DNA of 64,000 nt from an uncultured Planctomycetota bacterium (GTDB lineage Bacteria; Planctomycetota; Planctomycetia; Isosphaerales; Isosphaeraceae): contig CAVTTN010000002.1 of NCBI GenBank assembly GCA_963737655.1, positions 7,168,001-7,232,000 of the forward strand, read 5' to 3'. Below are positions 10,396 through 19,995 of the stretch, piece by piece. The position numbers and the translations under genes were made by a program. The notes beneath the pieces are model-generated. The model searched no databases. It saw nothing but the letters and a program-made list of their open reading frames with translations, and was not told where the DNA came from. How positions within the stretch are numbered: position 1 is the first letter of the stretch; each line of letters starts with the position of its first letter.

Positions 10396-10478
10396 GGGGA
10401 CCGGAACGCAGATTAGGCAGATTACGCAGATTTAAGAATAAGTATCTAGAAATCTGCGTAATCTGCGTTTCGGTCCCC
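10396..10478. repeat. Palindromic REP-like element with internal 9-bp tandem repeats, between convergent genes
   Basis: GGGGACCGGAACGCAGATTAGGCAGATTACGCAGATTT...AAATCTGCGTAATCTGCGTTTCGGTCCCC: inverted arms around an AT-rich loop. Confidence 0.75.
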
Positions 10479-10498
10479 ATTCCAGCGGGCCAGGGCGC

Positions 10499-13400
10499 TC
10501 ACCGGGGCCGCTTCGGGCGGAATTTCTCGACGGTCGGCTTGATGCCGATCGGTCCGAGGTCCGCTCCGGCGGGCGGACCGCTCCTTGTGGCGGGATAGGC
10601 GGGGTCGAGGGCGAGGTCTCCGGGCTCGACCTGCCCGGGAACCAGCCGATCGACGAGGAGGCGGGCGGCGGGGCCCTCGCCTCCGGGCCTGGGTCCGCTG
10701 GCGTTGCGGATGTGAGACGGTCCCCAGAAGCCGATCCACTCCCGGCGGATGTCGGCCCGGGACACCGGGGGCGGAGGCGCGTCCCCTCCGGCGGTGAAGT
10801 GGGTCAGCGCGTACACGTCGTCGTCCGATTCCCAGAGCAGGACGCCCCGGGGGAGCCCGAGCGGATCGGTTCGGAGGAGGACGGTCAAACCCGGGCCTCC
10901 GCCGTGGTCGAAGGCGTCGAGGAAGACACTCCTCCGCGACGACACCAGCCACGGCCGATCCGGTCCCGGCGGGAAGCCCGTCCAGGGGCCGACCGAGACG
11001 ATCGTGTTCTCCGAGGCGATCGTGCAGCCGGTGATCCTCAGCTCGCAATCGAACCGATCGCGGCGGACGTTCATCGGTTTCAGCGAGAAGGCTTCGGCCC
11101 CGGTCGCCATCGCGCAGTTCTCCAGCGCGATCAACGCCCGGCCCGTCTCGACGCGGATCGCCGTCCCCCCGGTGGCGAGGTAGCAATCCTTCAGGGAGCA
11201 CGACGGCCGCCCGCCGCCCCGCGACCTGTCGGAATTCGCCGAGGGGAACGGCCGGGAGCCTTCGGTCCGGTACGTCAACAGCCGCCCTCGGCCGGTTTCG
11301 ACCTGCCCCGGGGCGGTCAGCCACGATCCCTGGAGGGCCACGTCTCCCTGATCGACCACGACGAGTGAATCGACGCGGGCCCGGGTGTCGTAGGCGAGCC
11401 TCACGCCGGTCAGCGCCAGGTCGGCCCTCTTCACGGCGATCAGGCCGAGGCCGGTCGAATCCTCGGCCGGGTACCAGACCAGAGCCCGGCCCCCCGGAGG
11501 GACCGGCGGGACGAGGATTTCCAGCGAAATGCCCTCGGGCAGGACCAGCGGGGTCATCGGCTTCTCGCCGCCTCCGCGGGCCAGGACGCGGACCCTCTTC
11601 GCCGAGCCTTTCAGCTTCTCCATGACGAACCGGCCCAGGTCGCCCCGGTACTCGTCGGAATCGGCGTCGAAGTTCAGGACCAACGCCGGGTCGGAGGAGG
11701 CCGACCAGGGGTTCTGGGGCGAGCGGCCGAACGAACCCAACGTCTTCGCCGCGAGGTACGGCGAGGGGACCGCCACCCGCGAGGGCATCATCGCCGGGTC
11801 GAGGCCGATCGGCGCGGTCGGCGAGGGGTTTGCCAGCTTCAGGGCCGCCGGGATTTCCTGGCTCTGGCCGTCGCTGTTGGGCGACTTGGCCTTGAGCCCG
11901 GCGAGCAGCCCTTCGGGAGAGGCGGAGGTCCACTGCGAGATCCCGGCGAAGCGGTTGCGGTCGCCCAGCCAGTCCACCAGAGGGGTCGTCCTCGCCGCCG
12001 GGGAGGCCGGGATCTCGCGGAGGGCGATCATCGGCGACGGCGAGATGCCCTCGGCCTCGACGCGGCCGAACGTCGTCTCGAAGGCGTGAAACGTCGCCGG
12101 GACCGCGCCGGAAGCCCCGGCCGAACCGGAAAGCTCGACGATCGCTCCGGTCGCCGCGATCGTCGAACGAAACGCCCGGATCGTCCGTTTGGCCTGCGGC
12201 TCGCCGCCGATCGAGATCGCCGGGCCTCCGCCATCGAGCAGGACCGAGCGGGCGAAATCCACGTCGGCCGGGCCCGAGAGCGTGATCGCCGCGCCGAGGT
12301 TCGCCGGGCCCTTGGACCCGGGCGGATTGCCGGTCCTTCGGATCAGGGTCCTCTCGATCCGGATCCGCGACAGGGGGGCGGCGGTGTGCGCCCGGGCTCG
12401 CCGACCTGGACCACCGAGAACGGATGCGAGAGCGGCCCGACCACCGTGATCGTGCAGTCGCGGAGGACCAGGTCCGCCCCCTTGCAGCCGAACAGGGCGC
12501 CGTTCCTCGGGCCGAGGTCCGGGCCGTTGACCACCAGGTCGATCCCGTCGAGGAACAGCTTCTGTCCGTCCAGGGGGATCAGCGCGGGGCGGTTGCGGAT
12601 CGTCTCGCTGGTCGATCGCGAGACGACCACGATCGGCCGAAACCCCTTGTGGGCCCGCAGGACCCGGCGGGGGCCGGCCATCCTCAGGTCGTCCTCGAAG
12701 AACGGCCCGTCGTCGGTCAGGTCGATGGTCCCGCCGAGGGTGTCGAAGGCGCGGCGGAGGTCGTTCAGGTGGTCGCGGTCGGGCAGGGCGTGGACCCGTC
12801 GGATGTCCAGGAACGGGGCCTCGGCGATCGGCGGGGCCTCGTTCAGGATGTCGGGCATCGCGAGCCGGGCCAGGATCTCGGGAGGAGGCGGGGGCTGGTC
12901 GCGGCTCGGCGGCTCGACGTCGGCCGGCTCCTCCCATCGGGCGGCCCGGGCCCGGGCCTCGGCCTCGGGGTCGCCGGCCCCGGGGCCTTCGAGCTCGGGG
13001 GGCAAGGCGACCTGATCCGGGGGCTTGTCGAAGAAGTACGGCGAGAAGTACGACCAGCCGACGAAGGCCCCGAGCAGGGCGAACGCCACCAGCATGAGCT
13101 TCATCAGGCCGGTCAGGAGCTCGATCGGCGCGGGGCCCGGCTCGGGCTCGGGGAGGTACTCGACCGGAGCAGCCCCGGTCCAGGGCCCCGCTTCTTCCTC
13201 GATCTCCTCCACCTCGGGCAACGGTTCCAGGGGCGGAGGACCCAACCCGGACATCCCCGGGGCCGTCGAGCCCGGCCGGCGGATGGTGGGGAGACTCTCG
13301 GCGGCTTCCTCCAGCTCGGCCAGGCGGGAGAAATCGACCTCCTTCGGCGGCTCGTCCCGACCGGGACCCCGAAGGCTCGGCGCGAAGGCCGTCGAGGCCG

Positions 13401-14460
13401 GCGAGCCGCCCAGGCCGGGGCCCAGGGCGAAGCCTTCCTCGCTCTCGTCGTCCTCGTCCTCGTCGATCAGGGCGAAGAGAGGGGCCGAGGCGACCGAGGC
13501 CGACGGCGCGACCGGCAATTCCAGGTCGTCGTCCTCGTCCTCGTCGTCGATCAGGGCGAACAGGGGCGCGGGCTTCTCGGGCGTCGCCACCCCGGCGCCA
13601 ATCGACGCCGCCACGGCGTCCAGGGCGTCGAGCAGGTCGTCGTAGTCCGCGTATCGCTTCTCGGGCTTCTTGGCCATCATCTTGCGGACGAGCCGGGCGA
13701 GCAGCTCGGGGGCGTCCCGACGGTTTTGACGGATGTCCGGCGCCGGCTCGATCGCGTGGGAACGGAGCTTCTCGGCGATGTCTCCGCCGGAAAACGGCGC
13801 GCCGCCGGTCAGGAGGAAGTACAGCGTGCAGCCCAGCGAATAAATATCGCTGCGGACGCTGGCGGCGCGGCTGTCGCGAGCCTGTTCGGGGGCCATGTAA
13901 TCGACCGTGCCGACGGTCGTGCCGTCCCGGGTGACGCGCTCGTCCTCCATCTCGGTGTGGAGGGCCAGGCCGAGGTCGGTGACCTTCACCAGGCCCTCGG
14001 GCGTCCTCAGGATGTTGGCCGGCTTGATGTCCCGATGGATCAGGCCCCGGGACTCGGCATGCTTCAGCCCCCGGGCCACCTGGCGGATCGCATCGACGGC
14101 CTCGGCCACCGACATCGGCCCCCGGTCGCGGACGAGGTCGTGCAGGTCTCCCCCGGGCACGTATTCCAGGACGAGGTAATAACGGCCCGATTCCGAACCC
14201 CGGTCGTAAATCGCCACCACGTTGGGGTGTTCGAGGGCCTCGGCGCTCTTGGCCTCGCGCATGAACCGCTGGAGGAGCGTCGCGTTCTTGGCGAGATACC
14301 GGGGAAGGATCTTGACGGCGACCTCGTGGCCGGTCTCCTCGTGGACGGCGCGGAAGACCGAGCTCATCCCGCCCGAGCCCAGGGGCTCGACCAGGCGATA
14401 GCTGCCGATCTTCGGCGGAGGCCCGCTGGCGAGGCTCCCGGTCGGTTCGACGTCGGCCAT
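10499..14460 (-). CDS. Membrane Ser/Thr protein kinase with large extracytoplasmic C-terminal region; frameshift in a G-run near 12372-12384
   Basis: LGSGGMSSV, VAVKIL, IHRDIKPAN, DLGLA, GTVDYMAPEQ, DIYSLG; acidic linker; TM helix (LMLVAFALLGAFVGWSYF). Coding-like sequence continues in the 10499..14665 frame from LSRIRIERTLIRR. Confidence 0.85.
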
Positions 14461-14698
14461 GACTGGGCGACCCCCGGCATCGGAACGATGTCGCGTTGAT
14501 GCACCGATCATAATCCGGACCGGGCCGCCGGAGGAACGTCCGTCTCCCGGTCCTCTCGGGGCTTTCGGCCTTCTGGCGGTCGTCGGGCGGGGGTTCTCCC
14601 CGGACTCGGGACGTGGGAGGATTGCGGGGGATCGGCGAGCCGGCTAGAGTCTCGGTCGATCCCATCCGCCGATCCGGCCCGCTCGGGAGTCCCCCGCG

Positions 14699-15149
14699 AT
14701 GCGTCTCCGACCGCTCCTGGCCCTGGTCCTCATCCCTCTGGGCTTCTCCGCATCACGGGCCGACGACGACCCGGCGAAGGAGGAACTCCAGGCGTTCCAG
14801 GGGACGTGGACGACCGTTTCATTCATGAAGAACGGCAAGGCGGCCTCGAAGGAGGCGATCCAGGGGCGAGAGGTGGTCATCGAGGGGCTCGACGTTCACC
14901 GATCGCCAGGGGGAGAAGGTCCACGGCAAGGGCTCGATCAAGCTCGACCCGAAGCCGTCGCCGAAGACGGTCGATGCCACGTTCAGCGAAGGGCCGGTCA
15001 AGGGCGAGACGGCCCAGGGGATCTACAAGATCGAGGGGGACACGCTCACGTCCTGCGTGTCCGAGCCCGGCGACCCCCGGCCCAAGACGTTCGAATCGAC
15101 GGCCGAGAACGGGGCGATGCTGGTCGTCTACAAGAAGAAGAAACCGTGA
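14699..15149 (+). CDS. TIGR03067-domain secreted planctomycete protein; +1 frameshift at GGGG 14884-14887
   Basis: Signal peptide, ELQAFQGTW. Removing one G gives GSTFT...GSIKLDPKPSPKTVDATF...QGIYKIEGDTLTSCVSEPGDPRPKTFES...YKKKKP, stop at 15147-15149. Confidence 0.8.
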
Positions 15150-15360
15150 GGGAGACACGACCCGAGGCCCCGCCCGCCGGGTCCAACGCCCTTCCTCCCG
15201 ACGGCCCCTCTGTGGCATGATGGTCGGAGAGGGTGGCCCCATCCCGCCCGAATCCGCACGCCCACCCGCCTTTTCGGTCGTCGCGACGCCCCGGCCTCGT
15301 CTCCCCGACGAAACCCGGGCGCGCCCGAGGCCCGCACCCGTTCGCGAGGGATTGGACACG

Positions 15361-17967
15361 ATGAGATCGAGACTCGCCATCGCCTCGGCCCTCTTCCTGG
15401 CCCTGACCGGCCGATTCGCCGAGGCTGCCGACGCCCCCCGCCTGGATCTCGCGAAGGGGGACCGGATCATCCTGATCGGCGACACCCTGGCCGAGCGGAT
15501 GCAGTATTTCGGCGGGTTCGAGACGCTCCTCTACAGCCGGTTCCCGGGTCTCGACCTCGTCTTCCGCGATTGCGGATGGTCGGCCGACGAGCTCACGCTC
15601 CGCCCCCGCTCCCACGACTACAACGACCACGGCCACACCCTCAAGGACGAGAAGCCCGACGTCCTGATCGCCGCCTTCGGCTTCGACGAGTCGTTCGCCG
15701 GCAAGGCCGGGCTCGGCAAGTTCGCCCGCGACCTGGACGCCTTCCTCAAGGAATCGACCACCGCCGCCTACAACGACAAGAACCCGCCGAAGGTCGTCCT
15801 CCTCTCGCCGATCGCCCACGAGGACCTGAACGACCCCCACGTCATCGACGGCAAGAAGCACAACGAGGACCTCGCCCTCTACACCGAGGCCATGGCCGAG
15901 GCCGCGAAGAAATATCACGTGGTCTTCGTCGATCTCTTCACGCCCACGAAGACCCTGATGGTCGAGGAAGACAGGCCGCTGACGATCAACGGCATCCACC
16001 TGAACGAGTTCGGCGACGCCAAGGTCGGCGCGATCCTCGACGAGGCCCTCTTCGGCCCCCGGCCGAAGGAGATCAAGGCCGACCTGAAGCGGTTGAAGGC
16101 CGAGATCCTCGAGAAGGACCTCCAGTTCTTCTACGACTACCGCGCCATCAACGGCTGCTACATCTACGGAGGCCGCAAGGCCCCCTTCGGCATCGTCAAC
16201 TTCCCGGCGGAGTTCGCGAAGCTGCGGAAGATGATCGCCAGGAGAGACGCCCGCGTCTGGGCCGTCGCGAAGGGCGAGGCCGTCCCCGAGGCGATCGACG
16301 ACTCCGACACCGGCGTGCTCGTCCGCGTCGAGAGCAACGTCAAGGCCGACCCGAAACTGACCTCGCCCGACGAGTCGATGAAGACGTTCAAGCTGCCCGA
16401 AGGCTATGAAATCAACCTGTTCGCCTCGGAGATCGAATTCCCCGAGCTGAAGAAGCCCGTCCAGATGGCCTTCGACGCCAAAGGCCGTCTGTTCGTCACG
16501 ACCATGCCCAGCTACCCGATGTACCTGCCGGGTCGGCCCGTGAACGACAAGATCCTCGTCTTCGAGGACGCCGACGGCGACGGCAAGGCCGACAAGCAAT
16601 CCGTGTTCGCCGACAAGCTGCACGTCCCCACCGGGATCGAGCTCGGCGACGGCGGCGTGTACGTCGGCCAGCAGCCCAACGTCATGTTCCTCAAGGACAT
16701 CGACGGCGACGGCAAGGCCGACGAGCGGAAGCTCATCCTCCACGGCTTCGACTCGGCCGACTCGCACCACGCCGTCCACGCCTTCACCTGGGACCCGGGC
16801 GGCGCCCTGTACTTCCAGGAAGGGACGTTCCACTACTCGCAGGTCGAGACCCCGTACGGACCGAAGCGGCTGAACGAGGCCGGGATCTTCCGGTTCGAGC
16901 CGAAGACCTGGAAGTTCGACGTCTTCGTGTCGTATGGATTCGCCAATCCGTGGGGCCACTACGTCGATCGCTGGGGCCAGAACTTCGTGGCCGACGCCTC
17001 GGGCGGTGCGAACTACTTCGGGACGGCGTTCTCGGGGCAGGTTGACTACCCCCACAAGCACGCCTCGATGAAGCAGTTCTTCCCGATGCAGTGGCGGCCC
17101 ACCTGCGGATGCGAGCTGGTCTCCAGCCATCAGTTCCCCGACGACACCCAGGGGGACTACCTCCTGAACAACGACATCGGGTTCCAGGGCATCCTGCGGT
17201 ATCGGGTCAGCGAGGACGGCTCCGGCTTCAAGGGCGCGCCGGTCGAGCCGCTCTTGAGCTCCTCGGACCCGAACTTCCGCCCGACCGACCTGGAATTCGG
17301 CCCCGACGGCGCCCTCTACGTCGTCGACTGGTTCAACCCGCTGATCGGCCACATGCAGCACTCGCTGCGAGACCCGAAACGAGACGTGGAGCACGGGCGG
17401 ATCTGGCGGATCACCTACAAGGGCCGTCCTCTCCAGGCCAGGCCAAAAATCGCCGGCGCCACGATCCCCGAGCTCCTCGACCTCCTGAAAGCGTACGAGG
17501 ACCGCACCCGCTACCGGACCCGCCGCGAGCTCCGCGAGAGGAAGCCCGACGAGGTCCTGTCCGCCTCGAAGGCGTGGGTGGCGGGCCTCAGCAAGACCGA
17601 TCCCGACTACTGGCACCATCGGCTCGAAGCCCTCTGGCTCCGGCAGAGCCTGGACGAGGTGGACGAGGCCATGCTCAAGGAGATGCTCGCCTGCCCCGAG
17701 CCCAAGGCCCGGGCGGCGGCCGTCCGCGTCCTCTGCTACTGGCGGGACCGGGTGAACGAGCCGTTGGAACTGCTCCGCAAGGCCGTGAACGACGAGCATC
17801 CCCGGGTCCGGCTCGAAGCGGTCCGGGCCCTCAGCTTCTTCACCGGCCCCGACGCCGCCAGGGCCCAGGAAATCGCCATGGAATCGCTGCTCCTGCCCCA
17901 GGACTACTACCTGGAATACACCCTGAACGAGACGAACAAGACGCTCGACGGACGGATCAAGAAGTAG
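15361..17967 (+). CDS. PVC-type membrane-bound dehydrogenase-domain protein (SGNH-like N-terminus, beta-propeller, HEAT repeats)
   Basis: Signal peptide; IGDTLAER...TINGIHLN (SGNH-like); LPEGYEINLFASE, PVQMAFDAKGRL, DADGDGKAD, FRPTDLEFGPDGALYVVDW, HGRIWRIT; HEAT repeats. No CxxCH in this ORF. Confidence 0.85.
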   Translation: MRSRLAIASALFLALTGRFAEAADAPRLDLAKGDRIILIGDTLAERMQYFGGFETLLYSRFPGLDLVFRDCGWSADELTLRPRSHDYNDHGHTLKDEKPDVLIAAFGFDESFAGKAGLGKFARDLDAFLKESTTAAYNDKNPPKVVLLSPIAHEDLNDPHVIDGKKHNEDLALYTEAMAEAAKKYHVVFVDLFTPTKTLMVEEDRPLTINGIHLNEFGDAKVGAILDEALFGPRPKEIKADLKRLKAEILEKDLQFFYDYRAINGCYIYGGRKAPFGIVNFPAEFAKLRKMIARRDARVWAVAKGEAVPEAIDDSDTGVLVRVESNVKADPKLTSPDESMKTFKLPEGYEINLFASEIEFPELKKPVQMAFDAKGRLFVTTMPSYPMYLPGRPVNDKILVFEDADGDGKADKQSVFADKLHVPTGIELGDGGVYVGQQPNVMFLKDIDGDGKADERKLILHGFDSADSHHAVHAFTWDPGGALYFQEGTFHYSQVETPYGPKRLNEAGIFRFEPKTWKFDVFVSYGFANPWGHYVDRWGQNFVADASGGANYFGTAFSGQVDYPHKHASMKQFFPMQWRPTCGCELVSSHQFPDDTQGDYLLNNDIGFQGILRYRVSEDGSGFKGAPVEPLLSSSDPNFRPTDLEFGPDGALYVVDWFNPLIGHMQHSLRDPKRDVEHGRIWRITYKGRPLQARPKIAGATIPELLDLLKAYEDRTRYRTRRELRERKPDEVLSASKAWVAGLSKTDPDYWHHRLEALWLRQSLDEVDEAMLKEMLACPEPKARAAAVRVLCYWRDRVNEPLELLRKAVNDEHPRVRLEAVRALSFFTGPDAARAQEIAMESLLLPQDYYLEYTLNETNKTLDGRIKK

Positions 17968-18034
17968 GGTGCATGAAATGCACCAGCTTCCTTCGTCCTC
18001 GACGATCGAAGCTGGCGCATTTCGTTCCTGAGTT
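17964..18034. repeat. GTAG-family REP with a decayed inverted partner
   Basis: GTAGGGTGCATGAAATGCACC (17964-17984) matches the copies at 19847 and 19995. Downstream GAAGCTGGCGCATTTCGT is partly complementary to it. Confidence 0.7.
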
Positions 18035-18061
18035 GGGATCGTCCTCCTTGAGGTGCCTTCC

Positions 18062-19850
18062 ATGCCGCCGATTCACCCGGCCCGTCCCGGCCGGATCGTC
18101 GCCCTGATCCTCCTCGTCGTCTCGGCGGGCCGGGCCCCGGCGCAGGGCCCGCGAAGCCCGGCCGAAAGCCCTCTCGTGAAGCTCCTGAAGAACGACAAGC
18201 TCCCCGAGGACCGCCGGGCCGCCGTGGTGGACATGATCGGCAAGCGAGGCACCGCCGAGGACCTCGCCTTCCTGTTCGAGAGGACCTGCATCCCCGGCGT
18301 CTTCCCCCAGCCCATCCGCCGCAAGGCCCTCGATGCGATCGCCGAGGCGACGGCCAATCGCAAGGTCAAGCCGAAGACCGACCTGGCGATGGTCGGCATG
18401 CTGATCCGGTCCAAGGACGACCCCGACCTCCAGAGAGGGGCGATCCGGCTCGCCGGGATGTGGAAGATCCCCCTGAGCGTGGGCGACCTGGCCGCCGTGG
18501 CGGGCGACCCCGGGACTCCTCCGGCGATCCGCTCCGCCAGCGTCGAGGCGCTCGCGGCAATCGGAGGTCCGTTCGCCAAGGGGGCCGTCGAGGACTTCGC
18601 CGGCCCGAAGCGGCCGAAGGAATTGAGGATGGCGGCGGTCGCCGCGATGGCCCGGCTCGACCTCGCCTCGGCCGCGACGAAGGCGGCGGCCCTGCTGAAG
18701 GAGGCCGCGCCCGGCGATGACGTCGCGGCGCTGATCGCCGCGTTCCTGAACCTCAAGGGCGGCCCCGAGGCGCTCGCCTCGGCCGTCGAAAAGGCCAACC
18801 TCCCGGTCGATCCGGCGAAGACCGCGCTCCGGGCCGTCTACGCCCAGGGCCATTCCGACGCGGCGCTCGTGGACGCCCTGACCAGGGCCGCGAAGATCGA
18901 CGCCGAGGTCAAGCCTTTGGCCTCGGGCGACATGGAAAAACTGCTCGCGGAGGTGGCCTCCAAGGGCGATCCGGCCCGGGGCGAGCGGATCTTTCGCCGG
19001 GCGGACCTCAGTTGCACCCGATGCCACGCCGTCGCCGGGGCCGGAGGGGACGTCGGCCCGGACCTCTCGGCGGTCGGCTCCAGCTCGCCCGTCGATTACC
19101 TCGTCAATTCGGTGATGCTGCCCGACCAGGCCGTGAAGGAAGCCTATCACTCGTTGATCGTCGCCACGACCGACGGCCAGGTCTTCCGGGGGATCGTCCT
19201 GGACAAGAATGAGGGCTTCATCGCCTTGAAAGAGGCCGACGGCAACAAGCGAACGGTCCCCGCCAGTCAGGTCGAGGACTCGAAGGACGGCGGCTCGCTG
19301 ATGCCCAAGGGGCTGATCAACCTCATGACCCGCGCCGAGTTCGTGGACCTCCTGAAGTTCCTCTCCGAGCTCGGCAAGCCCGGCCCGTTCGCGATCCATG
19401 CGACGCCGACGATCCAGGCGCTGGAGAGTCCTGAAGTCGCCCTCCCCGGCGATCGTCAAGGCGATCCCCGACGCAAAGGCTTTGAAGGCGGAAGTCCTCG
19501 GCGCCGAGCCGTCGCGATGGCTGCCGATCTACGCCCTCGTCTCCGGCGGGTTGCCTTTGGACGAAGCGGCGACCGAGGCCGGGGGCGCCGTGGTTTTCGT
19601 CCAGGGGGATGTCGAGGCCACGGTGGCGGGAGACGTCGCGTTCCGCCTGGATTCAACCGACGGAGTCATCGCCTGGATCGACAACGCGCCTGCCCCCAAG
19701 GGCGAGGCGTTCACGGTCCCCCTGAAGGTCGGTCGTCACAAGCTCACGCTCAGGGTCGATACGGCCATCCGCAAGGAAAAGACCGTGAAAGCAGAGGTCA
19801 GCAAGCCCCCGGGCACCTCGGCCGAGTTCGTGGTGGTCGGAGGCAAGTAG
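18062..19850 (+). CDS. HEAT-repeat plus c-type cytochrome (putative haem-binding domain) protein; frameshift near 19414-19420
   Basis: Signal peptide, helical repeats, GDPARGERIF...CTRCH...GGDVGPDLS...SLMPKGL. Continues in frame 19398..19850 (TIQ|RWRVL). Start could be GTG 18053. Confidence 0.8.
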
Positions 19851-19995
19851 GGTGCACGAAATGCACCAACATTGCGGCGGCCCTCGGCCGCCCTCCATTG
19901 TCCGGTCGGGCGAGCCGGATTCCGGGATGGGCAGCGAACGGGAGAGGCAGGCGGCCGAGGGCCGCCGCGGGGTTGGTGCATTTCATGCACCCTAC
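19847..19995. repeat. REPIN-like element: two inverted GTAG REPs forming a long hairpin
   Basis: GTAGGGTGCACGAAATGCACCAAC...GTTGGTGCATTTCATGCACCCTAC, plus inner perfect 19-bp arms GCGGCGGCCCTCGGCCGCC / GGCGGCCGAGGGCCGCCGC. Confidence 0.85.

Noticed and set aside
17964..19995. CRISPR array from the repeated GTAGGGTGCA... sequence
   Set aside because: Only three copies, two of them inverted, with no regular spacers and no cas genes.
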